This document shows, one piece after another, positions 37,952-51,252 of a stretch of 64,000 nt of DNA (position 1 is its first letter; each line of letters begins with the position of its first letter). Source of the DNA: Nemertoderma westbladi (lineage: Eukaryota; Animalia; Xenacoelomorpha); NCBI GenBank assembly GCA_032718475.1, contig JAUCBJ010009049.1, positions 7,460 to 71,459 on the forward strand, in the 5' to 3' direction. The notes under the pieces are model-generated. The model was not told the DNA's origin and made no database searches. It was given only the letters and a program-made list of their open reading frames with translations. A program made the translations under genes and the position numbers.

Positions 37952-39165
37952 TATAAAAGCTTTTGCGGAATTGCCCGGTTATTTTCCTTATTTTTTTCGT
38001 AAAATACTCTGTAGTTGGTTTAGTAGGCGTAAGAGGCCGTATTATTGCTGTATCGGTGTTTTTTAGAGGACCTAAGAGCTATTTCTTCCGTATTGTGTAC
38101 TTTGGAAGACATGGTTGGTGATTCTATGGCAATTCTGTGACGCAAAATGGCTAGATACTCTTGAACAGTAGTTACTATGACGACGGTTAACAGCTGATAT
38201 GCATACGTGTCGATTTTCTTTGTTCTACGGTGCCTCTTGGTTCAGTCAACCAATCAGAGCGTTTTTACTGCTCTTGTAGAGAAATTTCCTAGAAATCACG
38301 CAATGCATTATGGGCAATGTTTACATTCTGTCCTAAGCCATGAAAGAACGGCTTTTGGAATATTTGTGCTTTTCTGCTTTTAGCCTAACACTAGTAGGCT
38401 TAATTATAAGGACATATATCCGTTATCGACTGGCAATACACACTGGTATCACTGGACTCAACCTGCATATATCTTATCGTACATACTTTTATATTGTTAT
38501 ACTGCTATTTACTGTCGGTTCTTCATTATATGGTTGATGAAATATTATATTGAAATAACGAGAAATAATCCCAAAACCCCAATATTCTTGATATACCGAA
38601 GGTAAGAGAGACCGGTTACATATAACGATTGCAATTTATGTTAAAGTGGTTTGAAGTGAATCTAATGTTATTTGATAGACCCTACATGAGTCGGTCTGTG
38701 TTCCTTTTATATGTGACTAAAATCAGTGAAGATCGGCAGATTAGTGTGCAGTATTGTGCAGCATTGTGTATGAGTGAGACTGATAACGAAGCATTTCCTA
38801 AAGAATGCGCCATATATGTGAATTATAACTAAGCCATATCGTTGCGTGTAGTTTAAGTCATAACTCTGTTTATATAGATAAAGCGCCACGTCCTAAAAGA
38901 ACTGTTAATATTCCCCGAAGGTGAATAATATTGTCAGAGATTATATAATACGATCAGTCGAATAATACAGTAGGCTTACATAGCAATAAGATTAAGCCGT
39001 CAAACTCAATCTCCCGGGTATATCCAGCGGGTGAATGATCGCGCACGGTTTGGTTTCGACTAGTGTAGTGAATCAGATACTTGTCAGAGGCTAAAAGCGA
39101 TTTATTATCTAGAAGACATCCTAATTTGGCGGGTTAAACTGCCAAAGGTATTAAAAGCGCGAACA
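37952..39165 (+). repeat. 5' LTR of A2 (1214 bp, TA...CA)
   Basis: Direct repeat of 55574-56785 with about 15 differences by manual count. Confidence 0.95.
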
Positions 39166-39234
39166 ATAATGGATATATAGCTTCTTTATTGCAGTAAGCA
39201 ATAAAGTTGAAAGTACCGGTCGACTGGTAAATCT

Positions 39235-39325
39235 GAACCGGTACTGCTGTAGGTCTGTAGGCCCAACTGCCGGAACCGGTACTGCTGTAGGTCTGTAGGC
39301 CCAACTGCCTGAACCGGTACTGCTG
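39235..39325 (+). repeat. 37-bp tandem repeat (~2.5 copies) in the A2 leader
   Basis: GAACCGGTACTGCTGTAGGTCTGTAGGCCCAACTGCC repeated; A1 has ~1.3 copies. Confidence 0.75.
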
Positions 39326-41412
39326 TATAAGTACATTAGTATTATTCGATTTGATTGTTATACCGGTAGGTCTTAGTACTTAATCGGGGAACGGCCGCCC
39401 TGGTTTTTTATTGAGATTTTACTTATTTCTGTCAGTTTTATTTATTTGTAGGCCAATATTGAGCAGAAGGCGTGTAAGCCTGTTCAGATTGTACAGAGAA
39501 TTTGTAGGCTGAGCTGTTGTCTGACTGTTGTTAAGTCTGAAAGACTGTAGTGTGTGTAGAGCGTATGTCCGAAAGAGTGCCAGTTAGTAAGTAGGGGCTT
39601 CCAGTGTTGTGAGGTAAACCCCCTCTTAAAGAATAAGTCGTACTACTCGGTTAGCGCACATACTAACTAACCATTTTGGAGTCTGCATATACTGTGGTTT
39701 ATTTAGGCTTGATAGTAGGCTGACAGCGTTTGGTCTGTACTTTGTTTGTGTAGTCTGTACGGGTAGCGTAATATCCTTATTTAGATAATCTGTAGGCTGA
39801 ATTGTTGCCTAGCTGTTATTAGGTCTGAGGGATTGCGTTGTGTGTAGAGTGTATGTCCAATAAAGTGCCAGTTAGTAAGTAGGGGCTTCCAGTGTTGTGA
39901 GGTAAACCCCCTCTTAAAGAATAAGTCGTACTACTCGGTTAGCGCGCATACTAACTAACCATTTTGGAGTCTGTACATACCGTAGTTGTTTAGGCTTTAT
40001 AGTAGTCTGTCAGCATTTAGTCTGCATTTTGTTTGAGTAGTTTGTACGCGTTGCTTAATATTTATTATTCAGAGTTATGCGATTATTCGCAACATTCATG
40101 TCCCCAAGTTTATTCCTACAGTAATTGTGCTTGTTATACATACCGCTATAGTTAAACTAACCCCAGTACTACATCAGGGCTGCTCGGCGTAGGTAAAGAC
40201 TGGAGATTTTGTGCTTTGGTCACTCCGGCAGATACCGTGGTTCTTTTAGCTGTTCAAGTATTTTTAACTGCTGGTTATCTGTTTTATAAGTACTTGTACC
40301 TAATTTAGGGTTTAGTGTACAGTGCTTTCCGAAAGTAATTAGTGTGTAGGCAGTATATTTGTGTTGTAAAGTGGTTAATAGGCACGTTGGTTCTGGTAGA
40401 CCGCTGTAATTAATCTCTAGGTAGGGACACTCCGTGATACATAACGTAGTACCTATAGCGCTACGGGTATAGGTCGTCAGACGGTGGTATTTTCCTATCT
40501 GGACAGCGCAGTATATTTACTATTACTTATTATTTTCACATACCGTAGTATCCTGTCCGTTGTAATAACCAGAAATTCTAACCTTCTGTTAGACTGGTTT
40601 GTAGTTCCCTGTAAAATTACCCTAAAATTTCGTACGTAATATTTTGTTGTGTTTAATTAGAGATTAAATCTCACCCGTGTCTTATCATAAGTAATTTGTA
40701 GATAAGTAACTTAGGAAGTAGAATTATTTGTTTTAGTGTCCTATAAGTAACACTTCACTGAAAGCGCACCGCTTTGTGTAGTGATTACTTCCCGGAAATA
40801 ATAACATCTATTTCAATATTGTAACAAAACCCTCATACGGATATATATATATATATTATAAAATAAAATCAATTAAATCTATTTATAAATAGTAGGCCTA
40901 TTATACAACCTTTAGGTCTTAAAATCAGTTGGACTACTGCTCAAGTAACGGTAATAAAGTAAGTAAAGTAACCAAGTAACCCTAAAATTCAGGAATTCAA
41001 TTATTTAAAATAATTGACATACCGGTATTTACAATAGGCTTATTATATTTATTTCTATAAATTTAGGCTGAAATCATACCGGTATTCTGTAATTAATATA
41101 GGCCATAATTATACCTATATATACTATAAGTGTAGGCTGTATACCGGTATTCCAGATAGGCCTATTATATACTTATATATATTTGTGCTGAAACTACATA
41201 CCAGTATTCTGTAACAAATCTAGTCTGTAATAATACTTATATATACTATAAGTGTATACCGGTATTCTACTATATTGCGTGTACATATACAGCTACACTG
41301 AGTAGCAGTATAGGTAATTGATTACTAGGATAGCAGTGATACTGAATTACTAGACTTGCTTTAACTTTATTTATAGCAGTAGGTATTCAACTGTATAACT
41401 GTATAAACTGAA

Positions 41413-44400
41413 ATGTCTGACACGCAGCAAAACCTATCAGACAGTCTCCTAGATACAACCATCCGCGACTCAGATAGGGGTGTTGAACCGTCGAGACCTA
41501 AGTTCAGCTCACCTCCTAGTGTAAGGAAAGTCATCCCTCCTGTAGTAATATCAGACCCTAGGCTAATCCAACACCATAGGTCTATCATCGGTACGCGGGC
41601 CCAAGTTAAGCGGGATCAAGAAGCAGCCGTCAATCAGCAGCAACCCCCTAGCCAAGAACCTAGTTCTCAGCGGCCCGATAGCTCCAGTAGTTCGGATACT
41701 GTTGAGCTAACGCCCGAACGCGGAGCAAAAATGGCGGATACAGTTTATTCGGACCCCCTTCTTGTTCTTCCGGCAGCAGTACTAACTACGGTGTTAGTTG
41801 CGGTGGAGGAACACCAACATGATTGGGTTAGAAGTGGGCAGTCGACCAAAGATAGTTATGCGGGATACCTGAGGGAAGAACTGATGTCTATTGTCGAGTC
41901 ACAGTGGAACTTCCCCGGACTCGGACTCCCGTTTGACTTATCGGAAGCCACCTGGGATGATATACACCGGATGGGAGTGGCCAAGGACACCGTAGATCCA
42001 GCTGTTTGGAAGAGGTCAGCAGCTGGATATGTACAAGGGTTCTTCGGCTCTTTGGAGCGATTAGAAGAACAGCTGTTTCGACAACAACGAGGACCTCAAG
42101 AGCAGGAAAAGCTGCTTTATCAAGTACGTGAAAGAACTCTACGCATTAGACTAATCCTATCGGCTTTTGAGGAAACATCCAAAAGAAAGCAGGACACGTC
42201 ATTGCAAGTCGCTGTCAAGACTTGGTTCCAGCGGGTGAGCCTCAAGGTTCAAGAAACAGCCAAGTGGAAAGCTCAGTTGGCTGAGCGCCCCTACCACTAT
42301 GAAGAATCAACCGACGCCACCTTTTCTCAAGGGGAAAGCGAAGTAACAGCAGCAGAGAAGCCGCGAACTAAAAACGCTATTGACATTTATCTGTCCGACT
42401 ATCAGCGATTCCTAGGAGACGAAGAGTTGAGGAGACGGTTGGCTGGACTTTCCCCTAATAGTGAAGGAGCCAAGCATGTGTTGGACGCAATCGATACGGA
42501 AATGTTAGCTGAAGACCAAGCTAAATTTGATGAACGTCTCCGCATAGCTAGAGCCCAGGAAGAACAAGTAAAGAAAAGGCGGATAGAAGACAGAAAGGCA
42601 GCATCAGTAGCAGCGGCAATGGCAACAGCAGAAGCAGACAGAAAGGCGGCAGAAGCAGCGGCCGAAGCAGACAGAAAGGCAGAAAGAAAAGCGGCAGAAG
42701 CAGCAGCCGAAGCGGACAGAAAGGCAGAAAGAAAGGCGGCAGAAGCAGCAGCCGAAGTGGAAAGAAAGGCGGCGGAGGCAGTGGCCGAAGCAGAACGGAG
42801 AGCGTCTGAAGAGACCACCCAACTAGAGTTGGAAAATCTGCAAGAGACGCAAGACAACATCAATAGACAGTTAACTGATAGTCGAATGAAGATGATGAGT
42901 CGATCTACTTCCAAACGCCAAGGCTATACATCATCGGAGGAAGGGGATACCACCGACCCTGAAGGCGGAGTAAGTAGATCTCGTCTCAGTAGGCGTAGAA
43001 ATACATCTCACCGTCACAAATTGCCCGATTTGCCCCCGCTGTTAGAAGACAAATAGCTAGCACAACCGTAGGTAGTATAGAACCCACAGACCAGATTACT
43101 GTAAACAGACACCCTACTATAGTAGATGAACCTGAAATAATTAGGCCTGTTCTCGAAGCCACCCCTTTGGTGCTAGAGACACCTGTACTTCTAGAACCTA
43201 CATTTAAATTCCCTTTACACAGCACCAAACTATCTGTGCCTAGAGGAACAGTTCCTGAAACAGTGTCGGTCTTGGACTCCGAGCGAAATATAAATAATAT
43301 ATCGCCCGTAGTCCCTCGTCTGCCCGCTACGACGTTGGCGGATCCCGCTTCGGCGGTTAATTGGGTAGACGAGAGACGGCGGGGGATGGACATTCTCCTC
43401 GGAAAGATGGAGGAGAATCGAGTACGCTCCTCCCAACAAGTCCGAGAGTTAGAAGGGACTGTTCAACAGTTAAAAGGAACTGTAAAGGAAAGTAGGTTAG
43501 AGTTGCAAGAAGTGCAGCAAAGTATCGCATTAGAACGTGATAAATTAGTCAATTTACAAAAAGGTATACCACTACCCCCTGTAACAATGTGTCAACCCGT
43601 TAGGTCTGAAGTATCCCATGCGCAAGGTGCGGAGCCTACACGCATCTATACTGCTAGCAAAGTAGAAACTCCTGTAGTGAACCCTATTAAGGGTAATTAT
43701 AGACCTGTTGACAATGATATCCCATCTAGACTGGATAATAATCCGAGAAATTTATATACCGATAATTCTCTATTCAATAATACGATGGCTCAAGAAAGTT
43801 TTACGCGTCAAATGGCTAGAACCGAAGCCCGGCAAGCGGTAAAGGTTGGAGAGATCGCCAAGTTTAATGGAGATGAGATGAAATGGTTACCTTTTAATGA
43901 ATATTACAAAGATAACATACAGGACTCTGTACTATCTAACGGAGAGAAACTTAGATTCCTTATTGAGTGCTTGGAAGGATCTCCCAAGTTAATGGCGTTA
44001 AAGTTTATTGAACATCCAGACGGATTAAGACAAGTTTGGGACACACTAAACATCAGGTATGGTAATAGGAATAATATCGCTAAATATTTGTATGCAAAAT
44101 TAGTAGCGCCCAGAAAGTTCATCAACAGTGGGATAATAGAGTTTTCCGATGAGATTCAAGAGATCTGTAGACAATTAGATTGGTTAGGTAAGTCTCATGA
44201 ATACCAAAGTTCTATGGTCATTGGAGCTGTAGCTTCTACTTTACCGAAGGGTGGTGGGGTAGGCACACGCTGGGATAAGAAGGTACTATATATGATGGAA
44301 CAACAACGACGGGACCCTACCATGGCTGATCTCATGTCATTCTTGGACGGAGAAGTGAAATTGCAACTCCTCTAGCAGTCCAGAGAGAAGACACTGGAAA

Positions 44401-47400
44401 ACAAGGTAAGTGAGAAACCCCTTTCCCGGAGAAAAGTAACACCAGTATGTTATACCGACGATGGCAAAAGCCAGACTTCTCAAGGAGAGGACAGCGGAAA
44501 AAACACTGACAGATCTTATTATGTCAATAAAATGCCTAAAGACCAGGTAAGTAAATCCAAGTCTCGACCCAATGACAGAAGGGAACCGGTAAGAAAAACC
44601 CCTCCTATGTCTCCTAAGAGAATTCAGGTGAGAAAGTCTGAAGAAAGAACGAGTGTGCACAATGTCACCCAAAATAAGGTCAGTAACATCAAACCTAAAT
44701 GTGTACTATGTGACGGGACTCACCGCTTGAATATGTGCGATGAATTCTTAAAGAAATCATTAAAAGAGAGACGGGAAGTCATGTGGGATAAGCGGTTGTG
44801 TTACAATTGCCTCAGACAAGGACATCAACGGCGAACCTGTTACTCTGACATAAGGTGTGCAAAGTGCGGTGCGAAGCATCACCTCTTGTTGCACACTGAA
44901 TTCGAGCGAACCAACCCGAGTCAGGTAAGTGATTCCGAATTACATGTCCAATTCAGTGATGTGAACGACACCGACCGAGGTTCTGAGATGGAAGGATTCT
45001 ATACGGACAAGTTCTCCGACGAAAACGAATCCTGCTATATGATAAATACCGCTGTGTATCGAGCGCTTATGTATGAAAAAAATACAGACAACGACCTTAC
45101 CTTAACTACTTCGGATCAATAACAATCTTGGAAAGCGCCAACTTCAAATGTAGGAATCCGAGAATTTCCTGTAGTCCAGTTGCGGGTCCACGGACCTCAG
45201 AAGAGCTATATAGTGAACGCCCTCCTCGACTCCGGTAGCACAGGAACATTCATCGATAAAGAACTAGCCGAAGACATCTTTGCTGGACAACCCAAGTTCC
45301 GAACCAAGCTAAAAATGTCAGGAATCATGCAGGTTTGGAAATCTACTGTAGCTGCCGACTATTATATAGGTGAGTTGTCCACTCCACAGGATAAACTAGG
45401 AGAATACAGTATAAGGTCAGTAAAAATGGTGGCAATAAAGAACTTCGCTACCACCCAAGTGGAACCTTATAATTGGGACGAAGATGATCATGCCCAACAA
45501 CTTAACATCACTAGATTCGACACCGATTATCCTGGAGTACAAATATTAATCGGTCAAAACGCGCATGAGGCGCTGAAGACATAAGAGAAACGACCTGCTC
45601 AACCGCAACCACTTCAGACCTATGCGGTAAGAACTAGAGTAGGTTGGTACCTTACTGGACCTTCCCGTAGAACACTCAGAGAAAGACTACCTCAAGATCG
45701 CGTCTGCCAAGTGAGTGAATGGGAAGATGATACTAGTGAGGAAGACGATCTAACTGAGGGAACTCCATACTCCTCAGATAACGATGACGTTCACCAACTT
45801 TTTGATGAGGAGAATACCATTGATCTCCTTAAGGAAAACGAGGCTTGGCAAAACCAAGTGAACCTATGTCAACTTCTCTATCCATCCGAAAGAGAAGCGT
45901 ATAATGACAAGCTAAATGACGTCATTGAACGTTATAATGCCAAGACTCGGGATGAACATGCCGTACGATTCTTTATGCAAGAGGCGGTAGAGCCCAATTC
46001 CTACGATAAGGCCTTATCGGTGGAAGAGGAAAGGGCCAAGCAGATCCAAGAGACAACTACACGTTTCCTCAAAGATCAAGTTGGTATGAAATCGGTCTAC
46101 CTTTCCGCAAGTGAGAACCGAAGTTCATCAATAACAGACCCTTGGCGGAGAAAAGAATTGCGCAACTCCATCGACACCTTACGGCAAATTCTTCAGCTAA
46201 AGAAATGTATCAAACACAGCTGAAGAAATTTATTAGTAAGGGATACGCGGAGAGAGTACCGGAAGAAACACCTGTAACTGAAAGAACGTATTACTTAACT
46301 CACCATTACGTTCCCAAACCCGGTAAACCACATGAAGTGAGAGTAGTGTTTGATGGCTCCGCTCTCTACATGGGCCAATCCCTTAACTCTGAATTGTTAC
46401 CCGGACCCAACTTACTTCAATCCTTGTTGGGAATTCTTTTAAGATTAAGACAATATTCAATCGCTTTCGCCTCAGATATAGAAGGCATGTTCTTACAAGT
46501 TAAGGTGCTGGATAGGGATCGAGATAGCCTACGATTTCTATGGTGGCCTGAAGGAGACCTCAACCAGAAACCGGTGGAGTACTGGATGACCATCCAGGCC
46601 TTTGGGATAATCTCAAGCCCTTCCAACGCCTGTTCAGTGGTGCGTACCACTGCGGATGACAACCGAGAAGCCTTCTCTAAGGAAGTGATTGACAACATCA
46701 AGCGGGACATATACATGTACGATAATCTGAAGTCCCTTCCATCAGTTGAAGAAGCCATTGAGGTCGCTAAAGGAACGGTAGAGTGCTTAAAAAGAGGTGG
46801 ATTTAGATTATAAATTCACCAGCAATTCCCGTGAGTTTCTGGAGTCGATCCCTGCAGAAGATCGAGGGGCAAAAGATCTAGATTTGATCAAGGATGATCT
46901 TCTAGAAACCAAGACACTCGGCTTGAAATGGGACACAGAGAGAGATATCCTGTTTTTCCAACTAAAACAGCGAGATAATCCAGTTCGAACCAAACGGATT
47001 TGTTTGAGTATACTGAGCACTTATTTTGATCCATTGGGATTTATTAGCCCAGTTATATTGATTGCTCGAAGTTTGGTACAACAAATGTGGCTTGAAAACC
47101 ACTCATGGGACGATCCACTTAAGGGAGAATTATTAAAGAAGTGGATGAAATGGGAAGATTCTCTGCCAGCCATCGAGGATTTTATAATTTCCCGTTCATA
47201 TTTTGGTCATGTTCTCCCTACGTATTCCTATCAACTCCATGTGTTTGGAGACGCCAGCGATATGGGAATAGGTATAGTAGCCTACCTGAGAGTGGAAACT
47301 CCGGATGGAATCAAAGTCGCCTTGGTTACCTCTAAGGCATTAATCAACAACAAGTTGAAAGTTCCTCGAGCGGAGTTAAAGGCGGCGCTATACACTACAG

Positions 47401-49595
47401 CCATCGGCCGGAATGTAACCGAACAGATCGATTATCCATTAGAGAAAACTGTCTATTGGACCGACGCTTTACTCGTGTTAGAGTATATAACCAATGAAGT
47501 CTGTCAGTTCAGCGTCTTCGTTACCAACAGAGTAGCCATCATACTTAGTCGCACGACGATGGATCAATGGAGACATTGCCCCGGAACGATTAATCCAGCA
47601 GACATCGCCTCCAGGGGAGCGACTCCAAAAGAATTGGTAAATACTCCCGAATGGTTAGGTGGACCCGACTTCCTCTACAGAGAAGAAGAAGAATGGCCTC
47701 CCCATCTCACAACAGCAGAGATTAGACAGGCCAAGGGAGCGGAGAAAGTTAAACCTAAAACTCGAGCGAGTAAATCGAAATTATTTAAACCTGCGGTTGA
47801 TCTATCTGTATTATTTACTTCCGGAGGTGATGCTTTGGATCAGAAACCCCCTGCCACGAATAAAGAAGTCTTGGAAATCCGTGACAAGGATTGGAAATCT
47901 GGAATACCAGATATCTCACAAGGACTCTCACCTCTCCTGCAGAGAGCGATCCATCACTACAGTTCCTGGAATCGGCTCTGTAAAGCCGTCATATATTTAA
48001 AGCGATGTTTTCATCATCATTACTCCAGGACAAAGACCAATAGTGATGATGCTCCATCGACATCTGCACGAGTCCATGTTGTTAAAGATCTTCCCAAATA
48101 CAAGATATCCGACAGGTTTCTAAAGGAGAAGATCAGTTACCAGGAGCATGATGAAACCAACAAACAGATGCTAAAACTCCTACAATGCTATGAGGATTCC
48201 GATAAGTATTTCCTGTTGTTGAGAAATCCGCAGATGCGCTTAAGGGATCGCTTCTCTAGTACAATGATAGATGGGTTAATACGTGTGGGAGGAAGGCTTA
48301 CTAACGCCCCATTATCCTTTGACACTAAGTTTCCCATACTCATTAGAAATCTTGATATACAAATCAAGATGATTGTAGATGTTCATGGTAAACTGTACCA
48401 TGCTGGTAGAGAACGAGTTCTTAGCGAAATTCGAACTCGCTACTATTTTTATAAACCCCGCAGAGCTCTGAACCAAGTTCTTAGGAACTGCATACCCTGT
48501 AGGAAAGCATTCAGTAGGCCTTTAACACAGCGAGAGGCAGAATTACCTAGGGAACGAGTAAGCTTCTATGAACCACCCTTTACTAATACCGGTGTGGATT
48601 TATTTGGCCCTATTGAAGTATATCGTGCCCGGACTATAGTCAAGAGATGGTGTGTCATCTTCGTTTGTATGACTTGTAGAGCTATCCATCTCGTTATGGT
48701 AAACGATCTATCTACCAACAGCTTCGTGTTAAGTTTACGACGACAGATCGCTCGCTTCGGAACTAGTAACACGATGAGATCGGATAAAGGAACGAACTTC
48801 ATTGGCGCCAACAACGAAATTCAAGCTTACGTAAAGGACTGGAACCAAAGACAGGTGGACAACCAGCTAAAGGTAACAGCGTCTAGCTGGACCTTCAACG
48901 CCGCCGACGCCCCTTGGTGGGGAGGAACTTGGGAGAGATTGATTAGGAGCGTGAAGACTGCATTCCACTTTATAGTGCCGTGTCGCGCTTATCTCACCGA
49001 CGAACTATTACAGACGTTAATGGAGGAAATCGCCGCCTATCTCAACGAAAGACCGCTTATGCCAGTCTCTTCAAGTCCTGATTCCCTGGAAGCGCTAACA
49101 CCCGCGCACTTTCTACTGAAGAAACCCGTAGCCATGCTCCCACGATCGGAGATCACAGACGGAGACGAGTACTGCCGTCAAACCTGGCAACTTATGCAGT
49201 TGCTATCCCGTCGTTTCGCTGACCATTTCGAGAAACATTATCTGCCCACTCTACAACTTCGAACTAAGTGGTTTGCGCAGCAAGAAAACGTCAGCGCTGG
49301 AGACATGGTGCTTATTGTGGACCCCGATCTCCCACGTAAGCGATGGCAAACAGGTTGTATCATCAAGACACATATCTCGAGCGATGGTTTGGTGCGATCG
49401 GTAGAACTTGTCGTCATGCGGCGTAACTTTAAGAAACCGGGGATAGTCTTTGAGACTCAACAGCTCAACCACCCAGTGGGTCGTTTATGTTTACTGGAAA
49501 GAGACAGAGAGCTCTCCGGAAACTATGGAAGGCAAGAAACTCTTCCCACGACCACCTCCCTAATCCAACCAACATCTAGGGGCTCCCCAACTTAA
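41413..49595 (+). pseudogene. A2 gag-pol polyprotein (~2730 codons), disrupted
   Basis: ORFs 41413-43056 (with an AEADRKAERKAAEA coiled-coil repeat), 43167-44375, 44532-45122 (CVLC..H..C, CYNC..H..C, CAKC..HH knuckles), 45180-45584 (ALLDSGS), 46142-46813 (RT with YMDD mutated to YMYD) and 46797-49595 (RNase H, HHCC, DDE integrase). Confidence 0.93.
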
Positions 49596-51252
49596 TATCG
49601 TTCGGAGTGGGCGTGTGACTCTATTATTTTATATTATTTTATTATTTTTATATTTCTGTATGTATTACTATGTAATTTTATTATAATCGTTTTCTTTAAT
49701 TTTTATTTTAAGTAGAATATTATTAGTGATTATTTAGTAGAATAGTGCAATATATTCGCGTTTATTGCGTACGTAATTACTTATATATTATATCTTTAGT
49801 GTGACGGCGAGAAACAATTATTTTTCTCTTTCCTTACTGTCTGTATTATATTATAAATACGTGACTACAGTAAGATGAAATGTCCGTACTTATTAAAGTA
49901 CAATAAAGCCACTACTATATTCAAGTATTATTGGTAGGCAGAGTATTAGGAATGCAAAGTTCAGATCCTCGTGTCTCGGCTAAACCAAGCTCTGGGTAGA
50001 CCTTGGAAACGACTTGCCTCTTCACACTGACATTGCTCCGTGCGATATTGCTCTCATACCATATATAATAATACATATAGTAGCGTGATGTCCCTATAAC
50101 AGTAGCGTAAAACGCACATAAATCTGTTAAACCTTTGACCATCTGTAATTCTAGTCGATTAAGATATCGCGGCACCCACCGATATACTTGAAAGACAAAT
50201 TCTAGAATCAGTGGTTAACGTCCCCAGACTAGTTCTGGAATAAATCGGTGCCCATCTCAAATATTAATTATTTAATATTTACAAATCTATAACTAAAATC
50301 TGTAAAATTCAGATCCTTTAACAATTCTGGTCGATTAAGATATCGTAGCACTTACCGATACTCTTAAAAAGACAATTTTCATAGAATTAAGGATCTCGTG
50401 TCCCCAGACATGTTCTGGAATCAAATCGTGTCAATTTTACTATTAAATAATAAAATTCACGGGAATAAATTTAAATTCATACCTTTCAATGAATTTAATA
50501 AATTGCCATTTTTACGCAATTTATAACATTCCCAAAATTCCATTAATTAATAGACCACGGGAGTGGAGATTTATCTTATCATGCGCATTAGTGTGCGAGA
50601 ATCTCCCAAACATAGTCAATAGCCGATAAAATTCATAAAGTCATGTATAAAACGGGATATTGACCATTAAATAATTACTATTAAATAACATCCCAGATCT
50701 GTATGCATTGGAATTACCCTAATTCTACCGCTAGCTTTGCATAATGTCACCATAGCAACAACCACGCTAGAATTAGAATTGAGTTAAAAGAACAATAGAA
50801 AGCTTGTCCCATTGAATAGCATAGGGAATAAATAGCGCAGTGCTAGTATCCAAGGATACATAATAATACAGTGACATTCTGAAAGGCACTGACTAATGGA
50901 CAAATGGCCCGAATGTGCGTAGTTTGTGACAGTTGTGTGGTATTTGTGAGTTTATAGGTGAATGTTACTGCTAAAGTGTGTTTACAGTAGCTAGTCGCAA
51001 TCGTGAAAGTAGCCCTAACTCTCCAAGGATAACCTGAAGTACATCTAAGCCTTTGGGACGGACAGTGGAGTGACTTGTGCCAGTTATCGTTGTCGTTGTG
51101 CGGCTACGTCGTTGGCGAAAGTACAGCGACAGCGGTACATCGGCGCTGAGAATCTCACACTGTCCGGGGGCAAAAGCGGGGTAGGCAGCGACGCCCGCTC
51201 GCCTAATATATACATAAACTCATTATAATATTGGTGAACTCTTATAGCAGAT

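Noticed and set aside
39012-39178. Tf1-like self-priming through GGTATATCCA (LTR) pairing with TGGATATA (leader) in A2
   Set aside because: Only 8 bp and not conserved in A1.
49921-50175. 84-aa antisense ORF in the A intergenic region
   Set aside because: The frame and start are not preserved in A1 (indels) and there is no recognisable motif.
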